Positions 50,796 to 61,527 of a DNA stretch of 64,000 nt are shown piece by piece. The stretch is from Labilibaculum sp. (GTDB taxonomy: Bacteria; Bacteroidota; Bacteroidia; Bacteroidales; Marinifilaceae). The stretch lies in the NCBI RefSeq assembly GCF_041595635.1, contig NZ_JBFHJW010000017.1, positions 2,883 to 66,882 of the forward strand, written 5' to 3'. Below the pieces are notes generated by a model. The model saw nothing but the letters and a program-made list of their open reading frames with translations. It ran no database searches and was not told where the DNA came from. The stretch's first letter is position 1, and every line of letters begins with the position of its first letter. The translations under genes and the position numbers were made by a program.

Positions 50796-51299
50796 TTATT
50801 TAGTGCTGGTTTTTATTATTTTTTTGATGATACCTGTTGATGAAAATCCTTCCAGAAAATCAAGAGTTTTAATTTCTCCACCTTTGGCTTTTACAATATC
50901 ATAGCCTACAATGTCTTCCGCCTTGTAATCACTGCCTTTAACAAGAATATCTGGTTGTACAAATTTTATTAATTCGTAAGGTGTTTGCTCTTCAAAAAAG
51001 ATAACCAGATCTACAAAACCTAGGGATGCCAAAAGAAAAGCTCGTGAATATTCATCAATAATTGGTCGGTTTGGACCTTTTAATTTTTGAACCGAAGCAT
51101 CGGTGTTGATACCGATAATTAGTTTGTTGCCCATGGAGGCAGCCGAAGCCAGATAACTCAAATGACCTTGGTGAACAAGATCAAAACAACCATTGGTAAA
51201 AACAATTTTATTTTCTTTGAAGCGCCAGGTATGTAGTATTTTGCTGGCATCCTCTTTGTTCGTTATGATCTTATTTTTTACAATATCAAGCTTATTCAT
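50796..51299 (-). CDS. D-glycero-beta-D-manno-heptose 1-phosphate adenylyltransferase-like cytidylyltransferase (RfaE domain II type)
   Basis: 167 aa with nucleotidyltransferase motif FTNGCFDLVHQGH and the C-terminal segment VKGSDY. Confidence 0.8.
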   Translation of the reverse strand: MNKLDIVKNKIITNKEDASKILHTWRFKENKIVFTNGCFDLVHQGHLSYLASAASMGNKLIIGINTDASVQKLKGPNRPIIDEYSRAFLLASLGFVDLVIFFEEQTPYELIKFVQPDILVKGSDYKAEDIVGYDIVKAKGGEIKTLDFLEGFSSTGIIKKIIKTSTK

Positions 51300-51439
51300 G
51301 GGCTTATTTTTCGATTTGATTAAAGTTACAAGTATAAAGGATCAGAAACAAAGTATCAAAATTCGCGCGTAAATTGTTCAGCTTTTATGATAGAATGTGG
51401 ATTTTCCTGAATGGTCTTTCTCCTTGACTTAATTCCATT

Positions 51440-51468
51440 AAAAAAGGGCTGATCGGTTAGAACAGCCC
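51440..51468 (-). terminator. Rho-independent terminator after panD
   Basis: Minus strand: GGGCTGttctaaccgatCAGCCC followed by TTTTTTAA. Confidence 0.7.
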
Positions 51469-51491
51469 TCTATTTTATTGAATGGAGTGAT

Positions 51492-51842
51492 TTAAATTAA
51501 CTTATTGGTCGCTGTGTCGGGAAAAACCAAGCTTGGCTCCCACGATTTAGCTTCTTCGAATTCCATAGATGCATAAGAGATGATAATAATAACATCGCCA
51601 ACTGCACATTTTCTAGCTGCAGGACCATTCAAACAGATGATTCCTGAGCCTCTTTCGCCTCGAATCACATAAGTTTCAAGTCGCTCTCCATTGTTTACGT
51701 TAACAATTTGAACTTTTTCATTTTCAATGATATTGGCAGCATTCATCAGATCTTCATCTATGGTTATGCTTCCAACATACTGAAGATCAGCACCAGTTAC
51801 CGATGCTTTGTGAATTTTCGATTTACAAACTTCAATGTACAT
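51492..51842 (-). CDS. panD: Aspartate 1-decarboxylase
   Basis: 116 aa. [23 protein letters not shown] contains the Gly-Ser self-processing site. Confidence 0.95.
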   Translation of the reverse strand: MYIEVCKSKIHKASVTGADLQYVGSITIDEDLMNAANIIENEKVQIVNVNNGERLETYVIRGERGSGIICLNGPAARKCAVGDVIIIISYASMEFEEAKSWEPSLVFPDTATNKLI

Positions 51843-51860
51843 ATCGTATCTAACTAATAT

Positions 51861-52700
51861 TTAAAAAGTAATGTTGTCAATCAAGCGAATTTTTCCAACT
51901 TGAACTGTAATACACCCAACCTTATTGTTTAGTTCTTTCCAGTCTTTTATTTCCTCAAGACTTGTGTCGTTAACAATTTCAAAATACTCTACCGAAAGAT
52001 ATGAGTTTTTATTTATTTCTTTAATAACCCAATCCTTCAATTCGTGTACGCTTAATTCCGCTGCTAAGTTACGAGCTTTAAATAAGGTTTCAGAAATTTT
52101 GCAGGCATTTTTTCGTTGTTCTTCTGATAGTAAAAGATTTCTTGAGCTCATAGCTAAACCATCTTTTTCCCTTATTATTGGGCAGGATACAATGTTTACG
52201 TTTAACTTAAGATCCTGAGTCATCTGCTTAATAACAGCAACTTGCTGAAAATCTTTTTGCCCAAAATAAGCATTGTCTGGATTTACAATATCAAAAAGCT
52301 TACTAACCACTTGTGCTACACCATTGAAATGACCTGGGCGATTTTTCCCTTCCATAACTCTATCTAATAGGCCAAAATCAAATTTTCGGGTATCAGGCTC
52401 AGGGTAAATTTCGCTTACCTCTGGAATGAAAATCAGGTCTGGATTGTAATGGGAAAGTTGTTCTAGATCTGCTTCGAGAGTTCTCGGATAGGTTGATAAG
52501 TCATTCGGGTTGTTAAACTGCGTAGGGTTAACAAAAATGCTTACCACGGTAATGTCATTGTTTTTCACAGATGCTTCGGTCAAAGACAAGTGTCCCTTGT
52601 GAAGTGCACCCATTGTAGGAACAAATCCTATTGTTTTTCCTTCGTCCTTAAACTTGCTGATTTTTGCTTTAATGTCAGCAACAAGTTTTACTGTTTCCAT
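51861..52700 (-). CDS. panC: Pantoate--beta-alanine ligase
   Basis: 279 aa with the PTMGALHKGH motif, plus FGQKDFQQ and SSRN motifs. Confidence 0.95.
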   Translation of the reverse strand: METVKLVADIKAKISKFKDEGKTIGFVPTMGALHKGHLSLTEASVKNNDITVVSIFVNPTQFNNPNDLSTYPRTLEADLEQLSHYNPDLIFIPEVSEIYPEPDTRKFDFGLLDRVMEGKNRPGHFNGVAQVVSKLFDIVNPDNAYFGQKDFQQVAVIKQMTQDLKLNVNIVSCPIIREKDGLAMSSRNLLLSEEQRKNACKISETLFKARNLAAELSVHELKDWVIKEINKNSYLSVEYFEIVNDTSLEEIKDWKELNNKVGCITVQVGKIRLIDNITF

Positions 52701-52853
52701 CTCTTTTTATTGAGTTCTATAAAATCTAATTGATTTTTATTTGAGAGTGCAAATAAAATAAATAAATACAAATCTGAGAAATTAAAATTGCATTTAATTG
52801 TATTTTAGGTGCTTTATGCTTTGATTTCGGGTATGTATGTTAATTATTTTTAT

Positions 52854-52861
52854 TAATTTTG
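52854..52861 (+). promoter_or_regulatory. Candidate -7 promoter box (TAATTTTG) for the glycogen-synthase-like gene
   Basis: Exact TAnnTTTG match 34 nt upstream of the ATG at 52895. Confidence 0.4.
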
Positions 52862-52894
52862 CGCAGATAATCTGTATTATATATTAGCGACTAT

Positions 52895-53704
52895 ATGGAA
52901 AAGACAAAAGTATTGTTTGTTTCTCAAGAAATCACACCTTATCTTCCAGAAAACGAAATGTCCGGAATTGGTAGATATCTACCTCAAGGGATCCAAGAAA
53001 AAGGAAAAGAAATCAGAACTTTCATGCCTCGATACGGCTGTATCAACGAAAGAAGAAATCAATTGCATGAAGTAATCCGTCTTTCGGGAATGAATTTAAT
53101 AATTGATGATACAGATCATCCATTGATTATTAAAGTGGCTTCGATTCAAGCAGCTCGTATGCAAGTTTATTTTATTGATAATGAAGATTATTTTCATAGG
53201 AAAGAAGTACTTGTTGATAAGGATGGAAATGGTTTTGAGGATAATGACGAAAGAGCCATTTTCTTTGCAAGAGGTGTGCTTGAAACTGTGAAAAAATTGA
53301 GATGGGCTCCAGATGTTGTACATTGCCAGGGTTGGTTTACTGGTTTGGTGCCTTTGTATTTAAAAAAATCTTTTAACGAAGATCCATTATTTATGGATAC
53401 AAAAGTGATTTTTTCGATCTATGATGATGAATTTCCTACTAAATTTAGCGATAAGTTTCAAGAAAAATCAATCATTGACGGAATTGGTAAAGAGGATGTA
53501 AGTATTTTGGAAGATGCGAGTTATGTTTCTCTTCATAAATTAGCGATTGATCAATGTGATGCTATTATCATGGGAAGTCCTAAGGTGAATGAAGAAGTTC
53601 TTGCATATGCAAAAGCCTCTGGGAAAACTTTTATGGAGTATAAAAATAAAGATGAATATATTTCAGCGTATTCTGATCTTTACGATGAATTAGTAGCGAA
53701 ATAG
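52895..53704 (+). CDS. Short glycogen/starch synthase-like protein (N-terminal GT5 half only)
   Basis: 269 aa. The N-terminus KVLFVSQEITPY...GIGRYL and the segment PDVVHCQGWFTGLVPLYLK resemble the GlgA N-terminal domain. The C-terminal GT-B half is absent. Confidence 0.7.
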   Translation: MEKTKVLFVSQEITPYLPENEMSGIGRYLPQGIQEKGKEIRTFMPRYGCINERRNQLHEVIRLSGMNLIIDDTDHPLIIKVASIQAARMQVYFIDNEDYFHRKEVLVDKDGNGFEDNDERAIFFARGVLETVKKLRWAPDVVHCQGWFTGLVPLYLKKSFNEDPLFMDTKVIFSIYDDEFPTKFSDKFQEKSIIDGIGKEDVSILEDASYVSLHKLAIDQCDAIIMGSPKVNEEVLAYAKASGKTFMEYKNKDEYISAYSDLYDELVAK

Positions 53705-53726
53705 TTACGAACTATAAAATATTTTA

Positions 53727-53766
53727 AAGGTGTATGTAAGCTTTTGCTCGCATACACCTTTTTTTG
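53727..53766 (+). terminator. Rho-independent terminator
   Basis: AAAGGTGTATG...CATACACCTTT followed by a T-run. Confidence 0.8.
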
Positions 53767-53957
53767 TGCCTTTACTTAAAATGAGTTAAGAAGTTTGGAG
53801 AGCATTTGAACTTATCGTATTTTTATCTTTATTTATGATAATTTAATGAGATGCACTATTGAAAGCTTAAGACTTTTAAAGTGAGGTTAATGTTGTTATT
53901 TCTTAAATTGTTTTTTAATATGTTTCGCGTGGTACCGAAACTGAAATATTTTTATTT

Positions 53958-55793
53958 ATGTGTGGAATAGTTGGTTACATTGGGGATAAACAAGCTTATC
54001 CTATACTTGTTAATGGGCTGAAAAGATTGGAATATCGAGGGTATGATTCTGCAGGAATTGCACTTCGTACTAATCAAACTCAGGTTTTTAAATGCAAGGG
54101 AAAAGTAAAAGATCTGGAAGATCATGTCAAAGGGAGTGATGTTTCAGGGACAATTGGAATAGGACATACACGTTGGGCTACTCACGGAGAACCAAATGAT
54201 GCAAATGCACATCCTCATCAATCGATGAATGGTAAATTTGTGATCATCCACAACGGAATTATCGAAAACTATTCATTACTAAAGGAAAAGCTTTCCAAAA
54301 GGGGCTATTGCTTTCAAAGCGAAACCGATACAGAAGTGTTAGCGAACCTTATTGAATATATCTATTTAAAAGGTGAGGTTTCAGCCGAAATAGCTGTTCG
54401 TTTGGCTTTAACCAAAGTAGTTGGAGCCTATGGTTTGCTTGTGATTTGCGAAGATGAGCCAGATCAGTTGATTGCAGCCCGAAAAGGTAGTCCTCTTGTT
54501 GTGGGAGTCGGCAATGGCGAATATTTTTTGGCTTCGGACGCAACTCCAATTATTGAGTACACGCAGAGTGTAATTTATCTGAACGACAATGATGTGGCTA
54601 TTATTAGCCGAGACGAATTAGTGTTGAAAACCATTCAGAATGATAAGTTAACTCCGCACATTCAAAAGCTCGATTTAGATATTGAACAAATTGAGAAAGG
54701 TGGCTACGATCATTTTATGTTAAAAGAGATTTTTGAGCAAACCATCTCAATCCACGATACCATTCGAGGAAGGATTTCTACTAAGCATAAGGAAGTTTTC
54801 CTTGGCGGGATTCATGATGTAATTCCTCAGTTGGTAAATGCTCGAAGAATATTGATTATCGGATGTGGTACTTCCTGGCATGCAGGAATGGTTGGTGAAT
54901 ACTTATTTGAGGAATTTGCTCGAATTCCGGTTGAAGTGGAATATGCATCAGAATTTCGATACAGAAATCCGATTATCTTTAAAGACGATATTGTTTTGGC
55001 AATTAGTCAGAGTGGCGAAACTGCAGATACTTTAGCTGCTATTAAATTAGCAAAAGAAGCAGGTGCTACTGTTGTTGGAATTTGTAATGTGGTTGGTTCA
55101 AGTATTCCTCGTGAAACACATGCGGGAGTTTATACTCACGCAGGTCCAGAAATTGGCGTTGCTTCTACTAAAGCATTTACCGCTCAGGTAACCGTGCTTA
55201 CTATGATGGCAATGTTGGTTGGATATCGTAAAGGAACATTGGCCAAAGAGGACTATGAAAATTTAATCGCCGAATTTGCTAATCTTCCAGAGAAAATAAA
55301 GAGAATTCTGGATAAGGAAGAGGATATTAAAAAATTATCGAAGCGTTATGTGGATTCAACCAACGCTCTTTACTTAGGAAGAGGTTTTCTATTTCCTGTT
55401 GCACTAGAAGGTGCTCTTAAGTTAAAAGAGATTTCATACATCCACGCTGAAGGCTATCCTGCTGCTGAAATGAAACACGGTCCCATTGCACTTATTGATG
55501 AACAGATGCCGGTTTTTGTTGTGGCAACCAAGGATAAATCCTACGAGAAAATTGTAAGTAATATTCAGGAGGTTAAAGCCAGAAAAGGACACGTTATTGC
55601 GATTGTGACCGAAGGAGACAGCGTGATTAGTGAAATGGCTGATCATGTGATTGAAATTCCCGATACTTTGGAGGCTTTAGCGCCCCTATTAACAGTAATT
55701 CCTTTCCAGTTGATTTCATATTATATTGCTGTATATAGAGGATGTAATGTCGATCAACCAAGAAATCTAGCAAAATCGGTTACGGTAGAGTAA
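53958..55793 (+). CDS. glmS: Glutamine--fructose-6-phosphate aminotransferase (isomerizing)
   Basis: 611 aa with N-terminal nucleophile MCGIVGY, two SIS domains and the canonical C-terminus NLAKSVTVE. Confidence 0.97.
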   Translation: MCGIVGYIGDKQAYPILVNGLKRLEYRGYDSAGIALRTNQTQVFKCKGKVKDLEDHVKGSDVSGTIGIGHTRWATHGEPNDANAHPHQSMNGKFVIIHNGIIENYSLLKEKLSKRGYCFQSETDTEVLANLIEYIYLKGEVSAEIAVRLALTKVVGAYGLLVICEDEPDQLIAARKGSPLVVGVGNGEYFLASDATPIIEYTQSVIYLNDNDVAIISRDELVLKTIQNDKLTPHIQKLDLDIEQIEKGGYDHFMLKEIFEQTISIHDTIRGRISTKHKEVFLGGIHDVIPQLVNARRILIIGCGTSWHAGMVGEYLFEEFARIPVEVEYASEFRYRNPIIFKDDIVLAISQSGETADTLAAIKLAKEAGATVVGICNVVGSSIPRETHAGVYTHAGPEIGVASTKAFTAQVTVLTMMAMLVGYRKGTLAKEDYENLIAEFANLPEKIKRILDKEEDIKKLSKRYVDSTNALYLGRGFLFPVALEGALKLKEISYIHAEGYPAAEMKHGPIALIDEQMPVFVVATKDKSYEKIVSNIQEVKARKGHVIAIVTEGDSVISEMADHVIEIPDTLEALAPLLTVIPFQLISYYIAVYRGCNVDQPRNLAKSVTVE

Positions 55794-55813
55794 TTTCAAT
55801 TTTAAAAAATAAC

Positions 55814-55851
55814 AAGAGCGATGTGGTAGTTTACATCGCTCTTATTTTTTT
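55814..55851 (+). terminator. Rho-independent terminator after glmS
   Basis: AAGAGCGATGTggtagtttACATCGCTCTT followed by ATTTTTTTT. Confidence 0.85.
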
Positions 55852-56360
55852 GTTGGTATATGGTTTTTCGTAGAATTTCTCGTTACCTCCGCTATGAATA
55901 TTTTCCCACCATGACAAATAGAATCAATTACTAGCGAGTGATCTACTGCAAATAACTAGCCTCTAATGTGATATTCTATTGTAAACGTGTAATTTTCATT
56001 GGGTATCTTTTAAATTTCCGGCATAGGTTAAGGCATCTAAGTTAAATGATGTGAGGGTTTGGATACTTGTAACAAACAAGCGAAACGATAAATTCAGCAC
56101 CTCCTGTAATCAATATATTTTTTCTTACGGTCAGATAATTATTTGTGTTTTAGATGGGTAAAAAAGCTAATCGCTGCGGATCTTTTACAGGATGAAATTG
56201 TATGGATAAATTTCATAATTCTATGCATAAAACAGCAAATTACATGATTAATAATAGATAAAAAATGAGATGTTATTCTTTTTTATATTCGAATGTATTG
56301 GTTTATAGTTAATTACTTTTATTGATGTTGAAATCGATTGGAGTGACATAAATTTTTGAT

Positions 56361-56368
56361 TATATTTG
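56361..56368 (+). promoter_or_regulatory. Candidate -7 promoter box (TATATTTG) placed for a leaderless transcript of the SPOR gene
   Basis: Exact TAnnTTTG match ending 6 nt before the ATG at 56375. Confidence 0.3.
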
Positions 56369-56374
56369 TCTATT

Positions 56375-57319
56375 ATGCTTGACGTATCGAAATACATAAA
56401 AGAACTTCTATTTGTTCATGATTGCGTTATATTGCCTGGTTTTGGTGGTTTTGTTGCCAACTATAAGCCAGCTAATATTGATGAGAATCTGAATGCGATT
56501 TGTCCTCCCTCAAAGGCAATTGGATTTAACCGTAATTTATCTAAAAATGATGGATTGTTGATTAATAGATTGGCAGAATCGGAAAATTTAAGTTATGCAG
56601 AAGCTGAGAAATCAGTTCAGTTTTTTATTGAGGACATACGTGTTAGAATTCAGAGAGGTGAGAAAGTTACTTTCGAACAGCTAGGATCTTTTCATAATGA
56701 CAGGAGACATAATCTGTTATTTGAACCATCAAAAGAACTAAATTATTTGGTTGATGTGTTTGGTTTAGAGCAGTTTACACTTCCTAAATTGTCTAGTTTA
56801 AGTGTCGAGAAAAATCACACGACTAGTATTTACCCTTCAACGGTGCGCTCTTTTTTTACAAGAAAACGTTTGTGGTATGCAGCGGCAGCGATTCCGTTTG
56901 TTTTATTAATTGCTTTGCTTCCTATGAATTCGGAACGATCCCTATTCGGCAATGAGGCTGGCATGGGAATTCTAGAAAGTAAATCTGAAGTATCAGAAAA
57001 TCAGGTAGAATTAAATCCGGTTATTTCTCCTCCTGAAGAATTGGTTGCTTTTGAGCCTAAAATTACGGATGAAGTTCAGCTAGATGTGGTGAAGAAAGGA
57101 AGATTTTATTTGATTTCGGGTAGTTTTACTTCTCCCAAAAATGCGGAAATACTACAGCAAGAGTTGATTTCAAAATCTTATCCAGCTGTTATTATTAAAA
57201 ACAAAAATTTGTATTCTGTTGCAATCAATCAATTTGAAAAAAGAGCTGCAGCAGATCTCTTTAAAAAGAAAGTAATTGCTGAGAATCCAAAAGCTTTTTG
57301 CTGGGTTCTTCAAAAATAA
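56375..57319 (+). CDS. HU-like N-terminal domain / SPOR C-terminal domain protein
   Basis: The N-terminus MLDVSKYIKELLFVHDCVILPGFGGFVANY is an HU-CCDC81-like fold. There is a central TM, then a C-terminal SPOR-like segment GRFYLISGSFTSPKNAEILQQEL...YSVAINQFEKRAAA. The track ORF starts at a TTG at 56366. Confidence 0.8.
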   Translation: MLDVSKYIKELLFVHDCVILPGFGGFVANYKPANIDENLNAICPPSKAIGFNRNLSKNDGLLINRLAESENLSYAEAEKSVQFFIEDIRVRIQRGEKVTFEQLGSFHNDRRHNLLFEPSKELNYLVDVFGLEQFTLPKLSSLSVEKNHTTSIYPSTVRSFFTRKRLWYAAAAIPFVLLIALLPMNSERSLFGNEAGMGILESKSEVSENQVELNPVISPPEELVAFEPKITDEVQLDVVKKGRFYLISGSFTSPKNAEILQQELISKSYPAVIIKNKNLYSVAINQFEKRAAADLFKKKVIAENPKAFCWVLQK

Positions 57320-57330
57320 TGAATAAGCTA

Positions 57331-57366
57331 AAAAAAAAAGCGCTTTCTATTGGAAAGCGCTTTTTT
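57331..57366. terminator. Bidirectional terminator between the SPOR gene and metG
   Basis: A-run (A9), then GCGCTTTCtattgGAAAGCGC, then T-run (T6). Confidence 0.85.
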
Positions 57367-57376
57367 ATTTTTTCGA

Positions 57377-59407
57377 TTATCTAATTTCTGAACCTACTTT
57401 TATTTTTTGATCCGGAGATACGAAAGATAATTTGCCATCTGCATCTTCAGCCATTAAAATCATTCCCTGCGATTCAATTCCCTTTAACACTTTAGGTTCA
57501 AGATTTACTAGAACACTTACTTGCTTTCCAATAATTTCTTCTGCTTTGTAGTGTTCTGCAATTCCTGAAACAATGGTTCTTTGGTCAATACCAGTATCAA
57601 CAGTTAGTTTTAATAGTTTTTTTGTTTTTGCCACTTTTTCGGCAGCCGTAATTGTGCCCACTCGAACATCTAGTTTCATGAAGTCATCAAAGTTGATGTT
57701 CTCTTTTGCTGGAACTACCTGTTTTTGTTCGGCTTGGTTGGCAGCCTTAGTTGCCAAAAGTTTATCGATTTGAGCTTGTATTGTTTCATCTTCTATTTTC
57801 TCGAAAAGTAAAGATGCTTTATTAATTTGGTGACCTGCAGCAATAACAGAGGTTCCAATATTTTCCCATGCAAGTGGTTCAATATTAAGAAATTCGCGAA
57901 GCTTCATTGCTGTAAATGGCAAGAATGGTTCAATCAGGCTGGTAAGATTGGTTGTAATCTGAAGACTGATATTCATGATTGTTTTCACTCTTTCCTCATC
58001 TGTTTTTATGAGCTTCCAAGGTTCTGTATCCGCTAAATATTTATTTCCCAAACGAGCCAAATTCATTGCTTCTTTTAGGGCTTCGCGGAAATGGTAAGTT
58101 TCGAGGTTCTTTTCAACCTGTTCTTTTATAAGTGGAATTTGAGCTAGTGTTTCTTTGTCGAAATCATTCAATTCACCTTTTTCAGGAACAATTCCTTTGT
58201 AATATTTATGAGTAAGAACTAAAGCACGATTCACAAAATTACCAAGAATGGCTACCAATTCATTGTTATTTCTTGCTTGAAAATCTTTCCAGGTAAAGTC
58301 GTTGTCTTTTGTTTCAGGTGCATTGGCTGTTAGTACATAGCGCAAAACATCCTGTTTGTCAGGAAACTCTTCTAGATATTCATGCAACCAAACGGCCCAA
58401 TTTCTACTAGTCGAAATTTTATCACCTTCAAGGTTTAGAAATTCGTTAGCCGGAACGTTCTCTGGTAATGTGAATGAACCCTCTGCTTTTAGCATGGCTG
58501 GAAATATAATACAATGGAAAACAATATTATCTTTTCCAATGAAATGAACCAATTTGGAATCATCAGCTTTCCAGTATTTTTCCCAATCGGGAGTTAATTC
58601 TTTGGTTGCTGAGATGTATCCAATGGGAGCATCGAACCACACGTAAAGAACTTTTCCTTCGGCGCCTTCGGCAGGAACAGGTACTCCCCAATCTAAATCA
58701 CGGGTTACTGCTCGTGGATGTAAACCATTGTCTAGCCATGATTTACATTGGCCATAAACATTTGATTTCCATTCGGTATGATCTTTAAGAATCCAATTTT
58801 TAAGACCTTGTTCGTATTTATCGAGCGGTAAATACCAGTGCTTGGTTTCTTTTAATTCAGGTTTGTTTCCGGTAATTGACGATTTTGGATTGATTAAGTC
58901 AGTTGCATTTAACGAGGTTCCACAACTTTCGCATTGGTCGCCGTAAGCTCCCTCGCTATTGCAATGAGGACAAGTTCCGGTAATGTATCTGTCTGCAAGA
59001 AATTGATTGGCAATAGGATCGTAGTATTGCTCGCTGGTTTTAACGATAAATTCACCTTTTTTGTTTAAGGTTTCGAAAAATTCCGAAGCTGTTTCGTGAT
59101 GTGTTTTTGAACTTGTTCGGGAATAAACATCGAATGTAATTCCAAATTTCTCAAAGGAATCTTTTATGATATTGTGATATTTATCAACTACATCTTGTGG
59201 AGTAATTCCTTCTTTTTTGGCTTTTATAGTAATAGGAACACCATGTTCGTCGGAACCTCCAATTAGCAGTACATCCTCTCCTTTCATTCTAAGATATCTG
59301 GTATAGATATCTGCAGGAACATATACGCCAGCTAAATGGCCAATATGAACAGGTCCATTCGCATAAGGTAAGGCCGTAGTTACAAGTGTTCTATTAAATT
59401 TCTTCAT
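57377..59407 (-). CDS. metG: Methionine--tRNA ligase with C-terminal tRNA-binding domain
   Basis: 676 aa with HIGH region [11 protein letters not shown], zinc knuckle [18 protein letters not shown] and the KMSKS-like KISTSR. The C-terminus is Trbp111/EMAPII-like ([13 protein letters not shown]...). Confidence 0.96.
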   Translation of the reverse strand: MKKFNRTLVTTALPYANGPVHIGHLAGVYVPADIYTRYLRMKGEDVLLIGGSDEHGVPITIKAKKEGITPQDVVDKYHNIIKDSFEKFGITFDVYSRTSSKTHHETASEFFETLNKKGEFIVKTSEQYYDPIANQFLADRYITGTCPHCNSEGAYGDQCESCGTSLNATDLINPKSSITGNKPELKETKHWYLPLDKYEQGLKNWILKDHTEWKSNVYGQCKSWLDNGLHPRAVTRDLDWGVPVPAEGAEGKVLYVWFDAPIGYISATKELTPDWEKYWKADDSKLVHFIGKDNIVFHCIIFPAMLKAEGSFTLPENVPANEFLNLEGDKISTSRNWAVWLHEYLEEFPDKQDVLRYVLTANAPETKDNDFTWKDFQARNNNELVAILGNFVNRALVLTHKYYKGIVPEKGELNDFDKETLAQIPLIKEQVEKNLETYHFREALKEAMNLARLGNKYLADTEPWKLIKTDEERVKTIMNISLQITTNLTSLIEPFLPFTAMKLREFLNIEPLAWENIGTSVIAAGHQINKASLLFEKIEDETIQAQIDKLLATKAANQAEQKQVVPAKENINFDDFMKLDVRVGTITAAEKVAKTKKLLKLTVDTGIDQRTIVSGIAEHYKAEEIIGKQVSVLVNLEPKVLKGIESQGMILMAEDADGKLSFVSPDQKIKVGSEIR

Positions 59408-59611
59408 TTGATGATTTTATTTTTTCCTAAGGAATTTTCTTTGTTTGTTTTGGGACAAAGGATTCCTAAGTTAATTTTGTTACTAATATTGTTTTATATT
59501 CTGACTTTGGTCTGAATTGTTTGCAAAGATAAGATAGAATTGGCAAAAATGTAGGTATCCATTTGTATTTTATTCTTAATTTGTACTTACTTCAAAAAAA
59601 ATTAAATAGAT

Positions 59612-60532
59612 ATGTATCAGCCAGCTGCTTTACAAAAAGGGGACAAAATCGGAATTATTTCACCAGCGGGAAAAATGGATCCCGAAAAGGTGGGAAATGC
59701 CGTAAGTAGAATCGAAAAGGAGGGGTATAAAGTTGTTTTAGGCAATCATGTTTTTGATGTTAAAAACCAATTTGCAGGTACTGATTTAGATCGCTTGCAC
59801 GATTTTCAGCGCATGTTGGATGATCCGGAAATTAAGGCAATTCTTTGTGCAAGAGGTGGATATGGAAGTGTGCGAATACTGGAGCATCTTGATTTTGATC
59901 TTTTTATTCGCAATCCAAAGTGGATAGTTGGATATAGCGATATTACAATATTTCATAGTTATTTGAATACCATTTTGGGAGTAGAAAGTTTACATGCTAC
60001 AATGCCAGTAAATTTTCCTTCTGATTTAAAAGATAACCAATCGGTTGTTACACTTTTTAATTCCTTGTCGGGAGATTTTGAAAATTACGAAATAGCAACA
60101 CACAAATTAAATAGGAATGGAATCACCGAGGGAGAATTAGTAGGTGGAAATTTGTCGATTATTTATAGTTTACGAGGAACAGTAATGGATTTTGAGACCC
60201 ATGAAAAAATTCTTTTTATTGAAGATGTTGGAGAGGAGTTATATCATTTGGATCGAATGATGCGAAATTTGAAATTAGGGGGAAAATTATCTGAGTTACA
60301 AGGATTAATTGTAGGCGGAATGAGCGATATGAAAGGTGGAAATCCTGATTTTGGGCAAAGTGCCTATGAAATTATTTCTGAATGCATCGAAAATTATTCT
60401 TATCCAGTTGTTTTCGATTTTCCAGCAGGACACATTACTGAAAATTGGGCTTTGCCTTTGGGGCGATCTCTTAAACTCGACGTGAATGATCGAGCAGTAA
60501 AGTTAACCTGGGATAAAAGACCAAAACAATAA
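59612..60532 (+). CDS. LD-carboxypeptidase (peptidase S66 family)
   Basis: 306 aa with GDKIGIISPAG, the nucleophile region GYSDIT and the C-terminal GH segment (FPAGH). Confidence 0.85.
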   Translation: MYQPAALQKGDKIGIISPAGKMDPEKVGNAVSRIEKEGYKVVLGNHVFDVKNQFAGTDLDRLHDFQRMLDDPEIKAILCARGGYGSVRILEHLDFDLFIRNPKWIVGYSDITIFHSYLNTILGVESLHATMPVNFPSDLKDNQSVVTLFNSLSGDFENYEIATHKLNRNGITEGELVGGNLSIIYSLRGTVMDFETHEKILFIEDVGEELYHLDRMMRNLKLGGKLSELQGLIVGGMSDMKGGNPDFGQSAYEIISECIENYSYPVVFDFPAGHITENWALPLGRSLKLDVNDRAVKLTWDKRPKQ

Positions 60533-60538
60533 CCTATT

Positions 60539-60904
60539 ATGGCAGAGCACAATGATTTAGGAAAACTCGGCGAAGATATGGCTGCAAAATATCTACTGAA
60601 TAAGGGATATAGAATCATTGACCGAAATTGGATCTATCAAAAGAAAGAATTGGATATTATCGCTTTGAAAGATAATTTGTTGATTATTGTGGAGGTAAAA
60701 TCAAGGTCGACTGAATATTTTGAACATCCAGCGGATGCAATTAGTCTTTCAAAAATAAAGTTTTTAGTTCGCGCCACACAAGGTTACGTGGATGCAAAGG
60801 AGATGACACAAGAAGTAAGATTCGATGTTATAAGTGTGATAAAACAGAATTCAAAGTTTAAAATTGAACACATCGAAGATGCATTCAGTGCACCCATAGA
60901 TTAG
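60539..60904 (+). CDS. YraN family (UPF0102) endonuclease-like protein
   Basis: 121 aa. GEDMAAKYLLNKGYRIIDRNW...ELDIIA...IVEVKSR is typical of YraN. Confidence 0.85.
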   Translation: MAEHNDLGKLGEDMAAKYLLNKGYRIIDRNWIYQKKELDIIALKDNLLIIVEVKSRSTEYFEHPADAISLSKIKFLVRATQGYVDAKEMTQEVRFDVISVIKQNSKFKIEHIEDAFSAPID

Positions 60905-61302
60905 TCGGCCAAATATTTATCTATGGTCTCAAGTAGTTCCTCGAAACGAATAGGCTTGGAAAGATAATCATCACAACCCGCATCAAGTATTCGTTCTCTA
61001 TCACCTTCGAGTGCATAGGCTGTTTGAGCAATAATTGGAATTTCTTTGTGGCTTTTCTTAATTCTCCTGGTAGCTTCACAACCATCCATTATTGGCAAAC
61101 GAATGTCCATTAGTATAACATCAATGTCGTCTGATTGTTCGATTATATCCACTGCTTCTTTGCCATTTTTTGCCCACAAAAGCTTCGATTTGGTTCTACT
61201 TAAAGCTGCATCAAAAAACATGTTGTTGATTTCTTCATCTTCTACAATAAGTATTCGTTTATTTTTCCAATTGTATTTTTGGGCGTAGGCTGTTTCGTTC
61301 AT
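60901..61302 (-). CDS. Stand-alone response regulator receiver protein (CheY-like)
   Basis: KRILIVEDEE, DVILMDIRLPIMDG, conserved T (QTAY) and K (SKP). I prefer the ATG at 61302; the track ORF begins at a GTG at 61323. A candidate minus-strand -7 box TATTTTTG lies at 61387-61394. Confidence 0.85.
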   Translation of the reverse strand: MNETAYAQKYNWKNKRILIVEDEEINNMFFDAALSRTKSKLLWAKNGKEAVDIIEQSDDIDVILMDIRLPIMDGCEATRRIKKSHKEIPIIAQTAYALEGDRERILDAGCDDYLSKPIRFEELLETIDKYLAD

Positions 61303-61527
61303 GAGTATATCTGTATTAATCACAATTTCTCTGAACTAAATATACAAAATTGGGCGAAGTAAAAAAAAAAAGGTTTAAATTATTAGTCAAAAATATTTTA
61401 TTACTATTTAATAAAAAGCCTGATAATCTTGGATAATGTGCAGTTTTAGTGAGGGTAACAAAATTTATGTTGAGTATTTATTTGCGCTGTAGATAGACTT
61501 AGATTCTCTATTGTATCATCAATGTTA

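Noticed and set aside
53705-53957. Possible glmS ribozyme upstream of glmS
   Set aside because: I could not find the conserved glmS ribozyme core, and the region is simple AT-rich sequence following a terminator. The ribozyme is mainly a Firmicutes feature.
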